In this document: positions 44,284 through 54,085 of the stretch, piece after piece | Layout of the letters: every line of letters starts with the position of its first letter | Numbering within the stretch: position 1 is the first letter of the stretch | Assembly (NCBI GenBank): GCA_027002995.1 | Contig: JALWZB010000155.1 | Coordinates: 26,365 to 90,364, forward strand | Direction of reading: 5' to 3' | Source of the DNA: Desulfurococcales archaeon | Lineage (GTDB): Archaea; Thermoproteota; Thermoprotei_A; Sulfolobales; NBVN01 | DNA: 64,000 bases | The notes under the pieces: generated by a model | Seen by the model: the letters and a program-made list of their open reading frames with translations, nothing else | Told to the model about the DNA's origin: nothing | Databases searched by the model: none | Translations under genes and position numbers: made by a program

Positions 44284-47200
44284 TTAATCACCTGAGGGTG
44301 CCGTATAATACAGGTTACCTGTTATCATCCAGTCTTGAAGTACGTATTGGTCTGTTAATGTGTAATAGCTGTTGAAGTACTTGTAATATACTGGGATCTC
44401 TGGGAACGATGCAATGTACAGTACTATTAAGTCGACCCTTGGCTTCTCAAAGCTTAGGTAGCAGTTCAGGCCACCCCACTTAAGCGTGTACCTATAGAAT
44501 ATTGATGGTCTACTATACCCTGATGGCGTGATTTGCAAGGTGCTGTAGTTGCAGAGGCTTTGCGATGTGAACATCGGTAATGCTGCCTGACCAAAGACGA
44601 AGTCTATAGAGCTCGCTCTGTAGGGCAGTCTAACATACGTTGTCAACTGCCCGCTTGTTGACATGACTGCATTGGGTAACATCTTGTAACCTGGTAGTGC
44701 CCTTACCCAGACTCTGAAGCCCTCGAAATAGTATGACCCACCGTAAAGTACTGTCCTAACTATTATTGTGTATACTCCTAGGTTTGGCTTGGTGGTTGGG
44801 TACTCGCCGTCACGGTATGTTGTTAGTGGGAAAGTTATTACTGACCTAGTGTTGGGTGACTTATACCTTCCTGTATCCATCCATAAGAACCTTCCACTAC
44901 CTAAGTAGTAATGGTAGGAGGCACCCGTTCCGTAGTAGACACCTGCGAATTGCCCATCAGGTCCCAGCGTGTATGTTATTAGTGATGTGTAGCTGTTGAA
45001 CCAGCTTACCTGGAGCTGGAGCAACCATACCTTAGAGTCTGGGATGTTAACGTAAAACACTCTCCAGTCACCGGATTCATACCTCCAGTCCCATGCAGTG
45101 TCTCCTTTCAGGAAGCTCCATGAGTATGGATATGATGCTGCTCCTGGCCCTGTATTCACTATGCGTGACCATCCGGCTCTTAGTGTAGTGTATATTGTGT
45201 AGCTTAATGGCACGTAGTAAGTCATCGTTGTCCCGTCCGCGAACCTAACATTTAATCTTACGTAGTCCTGATACGCTGTTGGCGCCGCATATACTGGCGG
45301 CCTTATAATACCTTTGATCGTCACTGTACTGCCTGCCCTAACAAAGAACTTACCGCCTGGATACCTGCTCAGTAACCTTACCCAGTTGTCTGCTTTGAAC
45401 CCATAGTAGGTTATCCCGACCTTAACTACTTGATTGCGTAACGCTGTCTTGGCAGGGGTTGGATCGTCTCCACGCTCTAACCATATCCTAAGTAATAACT
45501 TGGCATTAGGACCGTACTCCTCAAGTAGCTGTAACGGTAACTTAACCTGCACTAGGTTGTGGTTTGACAGAGAGTAACCGAAGTTTATCACCACTCTTTC
45601 ATCAACATCTGGTACACCGTTTCCGTTGAAGTCATCAATCCATACGTAGGCTATTATAGATACGTAGTAATCAGCGTAGTAGTCATTATCACCGTCGAAT
45701 ATCGAGTATGGTAGTACCACATCTGCTGTTAGGTACTCCGTTCCCTTAGGTATCTTTGATTGAGATATCACTATGTATTCGTATGTGCCGAAACTATCCT
45801 CAGGTATGGTGAATCTTAGGTAGTAATTTACTGGCCCAGCAATTTTTGCGGGCCTAACGACGCTTGCCTGTATAACTGCTAGGGAGTTCGTTGGGTTCTC
45901 TACCGTGAATGTGAAGTACCTTAGACCCCCCTGCGGTATGTCTGGCTCGTATATGCTGTAAGCCTTACCCTGAGCATATGAGGATAGTAGGTCGTACGGC
46001 GACATGGACGGCAGTGTGAAGCCGTACCAGTAGTACAGGTTTAAATCACAGTAGTCTGCCCACATCCATTCCCATATCCTAGCCATTTTAGCGGCAGTGT
46101 ACTTGTAGAATGCGTCGCTGAAGATCCTTAAGCCCTTGTAGGTATTGGCGCTTGAATTGGCTATTTCTAATGCTAGCTGAACAGCAGCTAAAGCATTCAC
46201 ACGGCCAGCACCCTCGTCAAATGGTGGGTAGTGTAGGTTTACGGCGGTATTCATTATTATTTGCTTAACGAGCCAAGGCGGTATATTCGTCATTCCCTGG
46301 GATTTTAGGGCCTGATATACTAGTGCCGCGACGCCGGCTGTTAAGGGGGTCGCGTAGCTGGTTCCTCCGAATATTGTGTAGTTACCCGCACTTAACCATA
46401 CCGGGGCTGCGGTTAATCCCCACGCACCAACGTTAACTACGTCCGGCTTGATGTATCCTGCCGGTGTTGGGCCTCTGGCAGACCAGGATACTATGTCGTC
46501 ATAGGTGTATCCTCCGAAGCCATAGAAGTAGTAGTATATGTGTGTCGAGGTTGATGCGCCTACGGTCAATACTCCTCCAGCTGCCCCTGGCGACGTGATC
46601 GTGCCATAGCCTGCGCCGCCGTTACCAGCTGCATGGACTATCAATACTCCTGGGTAGTTCGGGTCCAGGAACCCTGGGGTGGTTATTGCGTCCTCAAATA
46701 GGGATTCGAAGTCATAGCCGAATCCTGATATGTCGTATACAAAGGTGCTTATGCCCCAGCTATTGCTTATTAGGTCTACCCTCGGCGTGCCAGTATATAC
46801 TGGCGTGTACCCACTTATGTTGAATCCGGCTGCCCAGAGCATACCTACCTCTACGTCACCGAACCATAGCCCCTTTATACCTACTATCTTAGCTCCGGGT
46901 GCTATGCCTTCAGGGAAGCCCCTGCTCGCTATGGCCGCTGCACAGGATGTTCCGTGCCCGTAGAAGTCGTAGAATATGCTTAGGTATTTGCCCTGAAGGT
47001 TCCAGCCAGCATATATCTGTCCTGGGTAGTTGAAGTTCCAGTAGGCATCGAAGAAGAAGCCGCCTGCTACTCCGAAGCTCGCGTAGGGCCATGTGCTTCC
47101 GGGTTTGTATGCGGCCAGTATCCTGTTGCCGTCATATGTGACCTTAATGTCTTCTGGGTCGTTAAATATGCTGTTATTGTTAGCGTCTACGTATAGCGTC

Positions 47201-48183
47201 GTGTAGTTTCCGGCGGTTGTTGGGTCGGTTAGAAGTACACCTACTTTTACCCATTTGCCTTCACCCTCCATATACTCATAGAGGACTCCGAACTTGTAGT
47301 TGCCGCTTAGTGATGTCACGTTACTCACATTGTAAGCACTGTACGGCGCAGTTAGGTTGACTGGGTCGGGTATGTAGTCGGTGAAGTTAATTCCGCCAAC
47401 ATTTATGAAGCCTGTGGCGTTCGCTGTGAATGTCTTGAACAATATTACTAGGTTCTCGTCAGCGTCCAGCACTAGTGGTTCCCTTATATCTGTGCCATTG
47501 TATGTGCCCACGTAGTAGGTTAAGGCACCCTGTAGGTCTGGATTCCCGTAGTCAACACCGGTATCTATTACTGCTACTTTTATGCCTGTGCCATTGAAAC
47601 CATAGAGTTCTTCGGCGGCTGCGGCCCCTATTAAGTACCTTATGAAGAAGTTATTTGTTTTAGGCTTGATCTTGGATATGTCTGGGGTCTTTGCGGAGTC
47701 CGTTATTAGTGACTCTTTGTTCTTGGGTGGTACCTTATAGAGAAGTGCTGTTTCGAAGTTTATTAGTGGTTTTTCTGCAAGGCCCAATACTACTGTCTTG
47801 TATGGACGTAACGCATTAACTATCTTGCCTATGGGCCCCACAACCTTAAAGATGTAGTTACCCTTTGCGTCCCTCCTGAGTGTTGAGGCAACAATACTGA
47901 ACTTCTTGCCCAGCACGGTTATTGTCACCTTCCTCAAGCTATTGTAGAGTTGTAGAACCTTGCTGAGGGGTGTTGACGCTTTAATGACTACCACAGCCTG
48001 AACCTTGAAGTCCTTGTTAATACCAGGAGGTATGTTTAAGCCGTGTAACTTAGTGCTTTGTATTGTGTATTGTTCTAGCGTAGGTGCGGTACTGGCTGTT
48101 ACTGATGACGATACCGCTGTCAAGGCGGTTAACGCCACTAAGGTTATAATTATTAGGCTAACTACCCTCCTCACTGCATGCAC
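44284..48183 (-). CDS. Giant secreted subtilisin-like serine protease (peptidase S8)
   Basis: 1299 aa with a signal peptide (VVSLIIITLVALTALTAVSS). The catalytic Asp is in VAVIDTGVDYG, His in YGHGTSCAAAIAS, the oxyanion Asn in HAAGNGG and Ser in GGTSYATPLTAGVAALV. It has large insertions, a long C-terminal extension and many N-x-S/T sequons. Confidence 0.9.
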   Translation of the reverse strand: MHAVRRVVSLIIITLVALTALTAVSSSVTASTAPTLEQYTIQSTKLHGLNIPPGINKDFKVQAVVVIKASTPLSKVLQLYNSLRKVTITVLGKKFSIVASTLRRDAKGNYIFKVVGPIGKIVNALRPYKTVVLGLAEKPLINFETALLYKVPPKNKESLITDSAKTPDISKIKPKTNNFFIRYLIGAAAAEELYGFNGTGIKVAVIDTGVDYGNPDLQGALTYYVGTYNGTDIREPLVLDADENLVILFKTFTANATGFINVGGINFTDYIPDPVNLTAPYSAYNVSNVTSLSGNYKFGVLYEYMEGEGKWVKVGVLLTDPTTAGNYTTLYVDANNNSIFNDPEDIKVTYDGNRILAAYKPGSTWPYASFGVAGGFFFDAYWNFNYPGQIYAGWNLQGKYLSIFYDFYGHGTSCAAAIASRGFPEGIAPGAKIVGIKGLWFGDVEVGMLWAAGFNISGYTPVYTGTPRVDLISNSWGISTFVYDISGFGYDFESLFEDAITTPGFLDPNYPGVLIVHAAGNGGAGYGTITSPGAAGGVLTVGASTSTHIYYYFYGFGGYTYDDIVSWSARGPTPAGYIKPDVVNVGAWGLTAAPVWLSAGNYTIFGGTSYATPLTAGVAALVYQALKSQGMTNIPPWLVKQIIMNTAVNLHYPPFDEGAGRVNALAAVQLALEIANSSANTYKGLRIFSDAFYKYTAAKMARIWEWMWADYCDLNLYYWYGFTLPSMSPYDLLSSYAQGKAYSIYEPDIPQGGLRYFTFTVENPTNSLAVIQASVVRPAKIAGPVNYYLRFTIPEDSFGTYEYIVISQSKIPKGTEYLTADVVLPYSIFDGDNDYYADYYVSIIAYVWIDDFNGNGVPDVDERVVINFGYSLSNHNLVQVKLPLQLLEEYGPNAKLLLRIWLERGDDPTPAKTALRNQVVKVGITYYGFKADNWVRLLSRYPGGKFFVRAGSTVTIKGIIRPPVYAAPTAYQDYVRLNVRFADGTTMTYYVPLSYTIYTTLRAGWSRIVNTGPGAASYPYSWSFLKGDTAWDWRYESGDWRVFYVNIPDSKVWLLQLQVSWFNSYTSLITYTLGPDGQFAGVYYGTGASYHYYLGSGRFLWMDTGRYKSPNTRSVITFPLTTYRDGEYPTTKPNLGVYTIIVRTVLYGGSYYFEGFRVWVRALPGYKMLPNAVMSTSGQLTTYVRLPYRASSIDFVFGQAALPMFTSQSLCNYSTLQITPSGYSRPSIFYRYTLKWGGLNCYLSFEKPRVDLIVLYIASFPEIPVYYKYFNSYYTLTDQYVLQDWMITGNLYYTAPSGD

Positions 48184-48361
48184 ACCCTCAAAAAGATTAT
48201 GTTTCCCTATGTTTTATAAGTCTGTCTCGTTTAAGTAAAAACAAAGGATCGTTGAGAGAGTCCTAAACATTGATGTTACGATCGGTAACACTAATTCACA
48301 TTCATCAGCTTATCGCAGTAGGCGTTACTCTGGGGTAATAGAGTATGTGATCGAACTAATC

Positions 48362-49063
48362 TTATATTTTGGGTAATCCTGAAGCAAGTTCCTTCGATGC
48401 TTCCTCTACGTCTTTTACCGTGTCGATGGATCTCCAGTAGACATTAGTATATACTAGGCCCTTAAGCAACTTGTTGCTAGCTAGTTCAGGGAATGTGGTC
48501 TTCTCTAGGTCCCCTTTCTCTGGGACGTACTTGAATACTTCGGGCTTCATAGCGTAGACGCCAGCGTTAATTAAGTATTCCCTAAGAACGGGTTTCTCCA
48601 TGAACTCCGTCACTAGGCCTTCTTCATTTATTTTCACTATTCCGTAAGGTGATTTTAGAGGAACGAGGGCCATCGCACCCAGTATTTCTTCTGACTTCCT
48701 TAGTTCCTCAACTAACTTCCTAGCAGGTATGTTCGTTATTATATCCCCATTTACCGCTAGGAAAATATCATCGCTTAACACGCTTTCAGCATTCTTTAAC
48801 GCCCCTCCCGTCCCTCTAGGTTCGTCCTCAACGGCATACACTACCTTGACCCTGTATTTTGATCCGGATCCCAGAAACTCTATTATTTTCTCATGTAGGT
48901 ATCCTGCGAGTATGACTATAGTGTCGACACCTTGCGATCTTAACCACTCGATCTGCCACTCAATAATTGGCTTACCACCAACCTCGACTAGTACCTTTGG
49001 TATTGCCTCAGTTATTGGTCTGAGACGCCTTGCTAAGCCACCAGCTATAATTGCGGCTTTCAA
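48362..49063 (-). CDS. NDP-sugar pyrophosphorylase (sugar-1-phosphate nucleotidyltransferase)
   Basis: 233 aa. The N-terminal motif is MKAAIIAGGLARRLRPITEAIPKVLVEVGGKPII (G-x-G-x-R-L). Confidence 0.85.
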   Translation of the reverse strand: MKAAIIAGGLARRLRPITEAIPKVLVEVGGKPIIEWQIEWLRSQGVDTIVILAGYLHEKIIEFLGSGSKYRVKVVYAVEDEPRGTGGALKNAESVLSDDIFLAVNGDIITNIPARKLVEELRKSEEILGAMALVPLKSPYGIVKINEEGLVTEFMEKPVLREYLINAGVYAMKPEVFKYVPEKGDLEKTTFPELASNKLLKGLVYTNVYWRSIDTVKDVEEASKELASGLPKI

Positions 49064-49140
49064 GTATTAAGCACCGAAGAAAAGAGTAGTGCAGAGAAAT
49101 TAAAAATGGTTTTGATTTTGGTTTACCTTACTGTGTACCA

Positions 49141-52100
49141 TTAGCTAGCGGCTGCCTTCCTAGCCGTTGCCCAGGACAGTATGCCGAAGATGAAAGCTAG
49201 CAGTGCGAAGATCGTTGCCACGTACAGCACGTACGTGGCTGAGTCGATCTTGCTGGCTAGCTCGGTCTTCACGTTGCTGACCGCGCTGCCAGCAGCCTCG
49301 GCTGCTGACTTAGCGGCGTTCGCTGCTGAGGCCGCGTTGTCCGCTGCTGACTTGGCAGCGTTAGCAGCGCTTATTGCTGACTGTACGTTGCTGTTTATCG
49401 TGTCTAGTTCACTTAGCTTGCCTAGGCTGGACTTGATGTCACTTAGCTGACTGCTTATTGAGTCTAGCTTGCTGGTTATCGGTGTTAGGTCAACGCTTAG
49501 CTTTATGTTGCTCACCATGCTCTTCAGTGTGGCTAAGTCACCCTTGATTGCGGCAGTGTCGCTCAGTATGCTTGACACGCTACCTGACAGACTTGATATG
49601 CTACTCTTGAGGTCGCTTACCACACTCTTTAAGTCTTTCACATCACTGCTCACGCTACTTATGCTGGCTGCTAGGCCGTTCACGCTTGAGGACAGGCTTG
49701 ATACCTGCCCTACTAGGGCGTCTAGCTTGCTGCCAAGCACGCTGACTGACCCGCTGATGCTGTTCAGGGAGGTGGTCACGTCATTGGCAAAGGCGTTGAA
49801 CTCGTCGCTTGTTACTATCTTAGTTAGGTTGTTCACTACGTACACGAGTCCTGGCTGGCTGATCTCTGAGCCGGTCGGTGTCTGGAAGGCTAGGCCTATC
49901 TCGTAGACGCCTGGCTCTAGTGCGGGTATGAATAGGCCTGGCGTTAGGTTACCGTAGGCCTCCAGCACACCGTCATTGTTAGCGTACCAGTTCGTGACCT
50001 GCGTGTTCAGCGTGTATAGGGCGTCAGTACCGTTCACGGTTACGGTCTTCACGCTAGCTCCTGGCGGGAAGCCTGTGCCTATCACCTTCACGAAGCCGGG
50101 CCCTACTAGCACAGGTATCTTGTGCACGTCATTCAGTGATACTATTAGTACCTTCGGCACCACCTCAGGCTCAGCAGGCACTAGGGTGCCATTGTAGAAG
50201 TACATCACCTGTATGGTGGTCTGCGTGGTCTCCACTTTTAACGGGTACTTACCTTCGGGCACGGTCGGCACTATGAACGTTATGTTCACTACGTTAGCTC
50301 CCTCAATTACGTTGTAGTCAGTTATCTTTACGTTGCCGAAGTACACGGCCGTTATGTCACTCTTCTTGATACCATACAGTACTATCTTGATTATATCACC
50401 TAGGGTCTCTGTCTTTGGTCCGCTCACTACTTTGATACCGCAGTACTTGCAGCCTGCGTACTGCTTGCAGACAGTTGCAACGATCCTACCGTACTCGGGG
50501 TGCTTAGCGGTTACCTTCCAGCTTGTGGTTACACCAGTTATTTTAGCCCAGTAGGAGGCAGCACCTATCACTACTAGTAGTGTATACTCGTACTTGAACG
50601 TGTCCTTACCTCTTAGGTAGTGTGCACCGAACTTGGCATTCTTCGGCAACTGCACCATGAAGGTTACGTTACCGTCCTTACCTACAGCCACAGTATTGCC
50701 AGAGAACGACAATCCATCCTCAGCCCATATCACTGGAAGCGTTGCATTCTGATCCCAGTATATTGACATAATGTTCTTTGTGCCTTGGTATGTGCCTGGG
50801 CCGTAACCATAGGCTGCAATCATTACCTTATCGCCAGGCTTAATTATAGTGGTATTCAGCACCTCTAGGTATGGCCTCACTATATAGGCCGCGGTTGGGA
50901 ATACCTGCCAGACTATACCTCTGTATACAGTTATCGTTAGGTTAGTTGAGTTGTAGGTGCTACTGTACAGGTTTAAGTCTGCGTTGAAGTATATGTCGAC
51001 TACGTACTTGCCGTCTATGACTTCTAGAGGCGTCGATAGGGAGACGGTGCTTGTTGCATTGTCAAGCACTAGCTTGACGGTACTGTTACTTGGCGTTATT
51101 ACGTAGTCCTTGACGGTCCCTGTGTCAGTGTTGTTGTACCTTACCTCGAGTTTCGAACCTGCACTGTAGAGTACGAACTTCCTCTGGTAAATGTATAGGT
51201 TACCTACATTCAGTGTGTAGTTACCCCAGTACTTTGCTAGGAACTGGCTGTTGGAGGGAGCGGTGCTTACATTAGCGCCCGCACTGGAGCTGAACGTGCC
51301 GCTTAGGTTGAACGCGTACCAAGCTGTGAAGTAGTGCGGTGAGTATGACGTGTCTACCGGCACATTGTATACTATCTGGTGGTCTATCAGCACCATCGGT
51401 GTTGCACTAGCATTATATAGGTCGAACGTTATGTTAGCATTAGTTCCGTTATAGCTCGTAATGTTCGCCACTAGATAGTATAGTGTTCCCTCAAACGTGA
51501 ACTCAGCGACTACCCTATATGAATTCACGGTCTTCTCAACGATCTTCACATATTCAGTGGTGCCGTTTACGTAGAGTGTACTGTTAACGTACACCGATAC
51601 GCCGTCATCTACCCTGTTTGTCGCCTTCCATAGGTGAGTCGTGGCGTTAATTAGGAATACGTTGTTTGATCTGAAGTCCTCGTAAGTGCCGCTTGACGCC
51701 CATGTTACGTTAATGTAGTACATGCCTGCAGTCATGTTAGTCTCTGGCACTAGGTGTACAGTCGCAGTCGGATCTGTGGTGACGGTGAAAGTACCGTCAG
51801 AGCTTGTCTCAATCTTACTTGTGGTGTTCGTTGCTGAGTTGTATAGCCCTGTGAACGCGTACTTTACGCCAGTGAAGTTCTGGTTCACGAACTCAATACT
51901 GGTTAACACAGCATTAGCGTCAAAGCCGTAACCCCTAATTGTTATTGCATCAGTCCACTTCCCGTGGCCAGCGTTAGGAGTCACAGCGACTATCGGGTTA
52001 ATCGTTAGTGAGCCGGGGGTCTCATTATTGTCAAGGGACGTACCAGTAGTTATTATGACATCGTATGTACCCCTAGGTAGGTACGGTGATGGTGAAAACG

Positions 52101-52722
52101 TGGTAGCGTTAAGTAGGTCACCGAAAGATAGCCCCGTTATGTTAATGACACCGCAGTCATCAGCGGTTATACCCTGCGCAGTTATATTCCATACCTTAGT
52201 CAGAGTTGCGCTACTTACGTTAACGTAGTTAGCTGGTGTTCCCTCTGGAAATCCGTAGCCTATAACGTCAATCGTGGCGTTGCTTACGCCTCCTGTTGCT
52301 GTGCTTACCTTGACGTTTGTTGTTACTGACGGCACTATCTCGATTATAGGCTTGACGAAGACCGATGCTGATCCTGCTGAGGTGCCTCCCACTTCGACGT
52401 CTATCGTGAAGTAGCTATCAATGAGGCCTGGTAGTTCTTTAGGTAGGTTCAGGGTTATGTTGTATGTGCCAGGGTTCACTATAACCCTTGAGACGCTTCT
52501 CCACACCGTTCCGTTAGGTGCTGTTAGGTTCACCTGTACTAGCGTGTTCCCTGTTGGCACGTTTACTGCTACCCATACTATGCCTCCGGGTTCTGCACTA
52601 CTGCTAGCACCCACTATGCTAGCTTGCGCCCTCACTACGTTCACGATGCCGGCCGGTATTATGGGTGCGAGTATGAGTGCCAGTGCTAACGCTGCAATTA
52701 GTTTAGCGTATACTCTATTCAT
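49141..52722 (-). CDS. Large envelope glycoprotein: signal peptide, Ig-like-rich ectodomain, Ser-rich coiled-coil stalk, C-terminal TM anchor (S-layer/tetrabrachion-like candidate)
   Basis: The ATG at 52722 gives MNRVYAKLIAALALALILAPIIPAG. I count more than 30 N-x-S/T sequons. The last 224 aa (49141..49815) are a Ser/Leu/Ala heptad-like region that ends in YVLYVATIFALLAFIFGILSW plus a basic tail. Confidence 0.6.
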   Translation of the reverse strand: MNRVYAKLIAALALALILAPIIPAGIVNVVRAQASIVGASSSAEPGGIVWVAVNVPTGNTLVQVNLTAPNGTVWRSVSRVIVNPGTYNITLNLPKELPGLIDSYFTIDVEVGGTSAGSASVFVKPIIEIVPSVTTNVKVSTATGGVSNATIDVIGYGFPEGTPANYVNVSSATLTKVWNITAQGITADDCGVINITGLSFGDLLNATTFSPSPYLPRGTYDVIITTGTSLDNNETPGSLTINPIVAVTPNAGHGKWTDAITIRGYGFDANAVLTSIEFVNQNFTGVKYAFTGLYNSATNTTSKIETSSDGTFTVTTDPTATVHLVPETNMTAGMYYINVTWASSGTYEDFRSNNVFLINATTHLWKATNRVDDGVSVYVNSTLYVNGTTEYVKIVEKTVNSYRVVAEFTFEGTLYYLVANITSYNGTNANITFDLYNASATPMVLIDHQIVYNVPVDTSYSPHYFTAWYAFNLSGTFSSSAGANVSTAPSNSQFLAKYWGNYTLNVGNLYIYQRKFVLYSAGSKLEVRYNNTDTGTVKDYVITPSNSTVKLVLDNATSTVSLSTPLEVIDGKYVVDIYFNADLNLYSSTYNSTNLTITVYRGIVWQVFPTAAYIVRPYLEVLNTTIIKPGDKVMIAAYGYGPGTYQGTKNIMSIYWDQNATLPVIWAEDGLSFSGNTVAVGKDGNVTFMVQLPKNAKFGAHYLRGKDTFKYEYTLLVVIGAASYWAKITGVTTSWKVTAKHPEYGRIVATVCKQYAGCKYCGIKVVSGPKTETLGDIIKIVLYGIKKSDITAVYFGNVKITDYNVIEGANVVNITFIVPTVPEGKYPLKVETTQTTIQVMYFYNGTLVPAEPEVVPKVLIVSLNDVHKIPVLVGPGFVKVIGTGFPPGASVKTVTVNGTDALYTLNTQVTNWYANNDGVLEAYGNLTPGLFIPALEPGVYEIGLAFQTPTGSEISQPGLVYVVNNLTKIVTSDEFNAFANDVTTSLNSISGSVSVLGSKLDALVGQVSSLSSSVNGLAASISSVSSDVKDLKSVVSDLKSSISSLSGSVSSILSDTAAIKGDLATLKSMVSNIKLSVDLTPITSKLDSISSQLSDIKSSLGKLSELDTINSNVQSAISAANAAKSAADNAASAANAAKSAAEAAGSAVSNVKTELASKIDSATYVLYVATIFALLAFIFGILSWATARKAAAS

Positions 52723-52855
52723 CCTATTATTCACCTCAAGTTCTATCTTGACGGTCTGCGGTTTAAATAGGTTAAGCCTCATTGAGGGTAAGACAGGTGT
52801 CGTAAATTTGCGTGTTAACTGGTTTTTATGGATTCTAGTTTACTTTCGTAACGCA

Positions 52856-53575
52856 TTAGGCGTAAATATTATGCGTGTATCCTGTTAAGGAGGTTAATTT
52901 GTCTTTAAGGATCCCGTCCATGAGGTTCATTGATCTGTCGACGTACTCTAGGATTCTTGGGTCGTGGGTCACTATGAGTACCGTTGTTCCGAAGTCCTTC
53001 CTTATTCTCTTAAACATCTCGGCTACCTTAATGGCGTTCTCCCAGTCTAGGTTAGCTGTCGGTTCGTCGGCTAGGAGGACCGAGGGAGTCGTTACTAGGG
53101 CTCGTGCTATAGCTACCCGCTGTCTCTCACCACCGCTTAGTCGTGTGGGGTAGGAGTTGGCTTTCGGCAATAGACCCATGTATTCGAGGGCCTCCCGTAC
53201 CTTGGCTTCCCTTTCTTCCTTGGGGATGCCAGCTATTAGCAGTGGTAGCTCAACGTTCTCCCTGACGGTTAAGTTCTCCACTAGCCCGTAATCCTGCGGT
53301 ATGTAGCTAACTACGGTATTCCTTATCATTGCTAAGCCTAGGTCATCCAGCATGTTTAGGTTGTAACCATCCACTATCACCTCCCCGCGGTCAGGGCGCT
53401 CAAGACCGGCGATTATCCTAAGTAGTGTGGTTTTCCCGGAGCCGCTGGGTCCGTGGATACCGGCTATCTCTCCCCGGTAGAAGACCGCTGAGACGTTCTT
53501 TAGGACGGTTACTATGGAGTCACCCTCCTTATAGCTCTTCCAAACATTCCTCAGCACAACAACAGCGTCGGCCAT
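52856..53575 (-). CDS. ABC transporter ATP-binding protein (MacB/LolD/FtsE-like)
   Basis: 239 aa. Walker A is GPSGSGKTT, the signature is LSGGERQR and Walker B is LLADEPT. Confidence 0.9.
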   Translation of the reverse strand: MADAVVVLRNVWKSYKEGDSIVTVLKNVSAVFYRGEIAGIHGPSGSGKTTLLRIIAGLERPDRGEVIVDGYNLNMLDDLGLAMIRNTVVSYIPQDYGLVENLTVRENVELPLLIAGIPKEEREAKVREALEYMGLLPKANSYPTRLSGGERQRVAIARALVTTPSVLLADEPTANLDWENAIKVAEMFKRIRKDFGTTVLIVTHDPRILEYVDRSMNLMDGILKDKLTSLTGYTHNIYA

Positions 53576-53650
53576 CGCTACCTCAGCACCATGTAACCCT
53601 TCTACAGAGCATTATTAACATGATACCTGATTCGGGGATGCGCGTCACTA

Positions 53651-54085
53651 TCATTGCGTGTACATCGCTACGGAGGTTAAGAAGCCTTTCTTAGTGATGC
53701 GTAGCGCGAGTATCATTACGGTTAGTGAGGAGGTTAGTGAAAGAATGAGTGCCAGAACTACCCATACCGCGCCTATGGTTACGTAAGGCGCCCCACAGAT
53801 TGCTGAAAGTATTGTTGAGGGTGCCAGCATGTACGTTTTCACCTGCCTTGGCGTGGCCCCCACCATGTAGAGGACCCTAAGCATTGAGTAGTGGGCCCTG
53901 AAGTCTATTATTAGAGATGAGGTGGAAGCCGGTAGCATCACCCCTATTAGCACCGGGTCAGGAACCTTATCGCCTGCTACCTTAATGAGTATAGCTAGCA
54001 TTAAGGCCGCTACTAGACATACCTTCAGTCCGTGTCCTCTCAACATCTGCTTTAGCGCGAGCGTTAATACTGCGATAACTCCCAA
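53651..54085 (-). CDS. Minimal FtsX-like 4-TM permease component
   Basis: 144 aa. The opening LTLALKQMLRGHGLKVCLVAALMLAI resembles the FtsX/MacB permease N-terminus, and LRVLYMVGATPRQVKTYMLAPSTILSAICG resembles the FtsX-domain core. Almost no extracytoplasmic domain is present. Confidence 0.55.
   Translation of the reverse strand: MGVIAVLTLALKQMLRGHGLKVCLVAALMLAILIKVAGDKVPDPVLIGVMLPASTSSLIIDFRAHYSMLRVLYMVGATPRQVKTYMLAPSTILSAICGAPYVTIGAVWVVLALILSLTSSLTVMILALRITKKGFLTSVAMYTQ

Noticed and set aside
49141-49906. Repetitive DNA and long antisense ORFs (49181..49450 and 49469..49906, plus strand) that could suggest a repeat array or extra genes.
   Set aside because: The periodicity comes from Ser/Ala/Leu codon repeats of the stalk region on the minus strand. 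There are no identical direct repeats with unique spacers, so it is not a CRISPR array. The antisense ORFs are low-complexity shadows.
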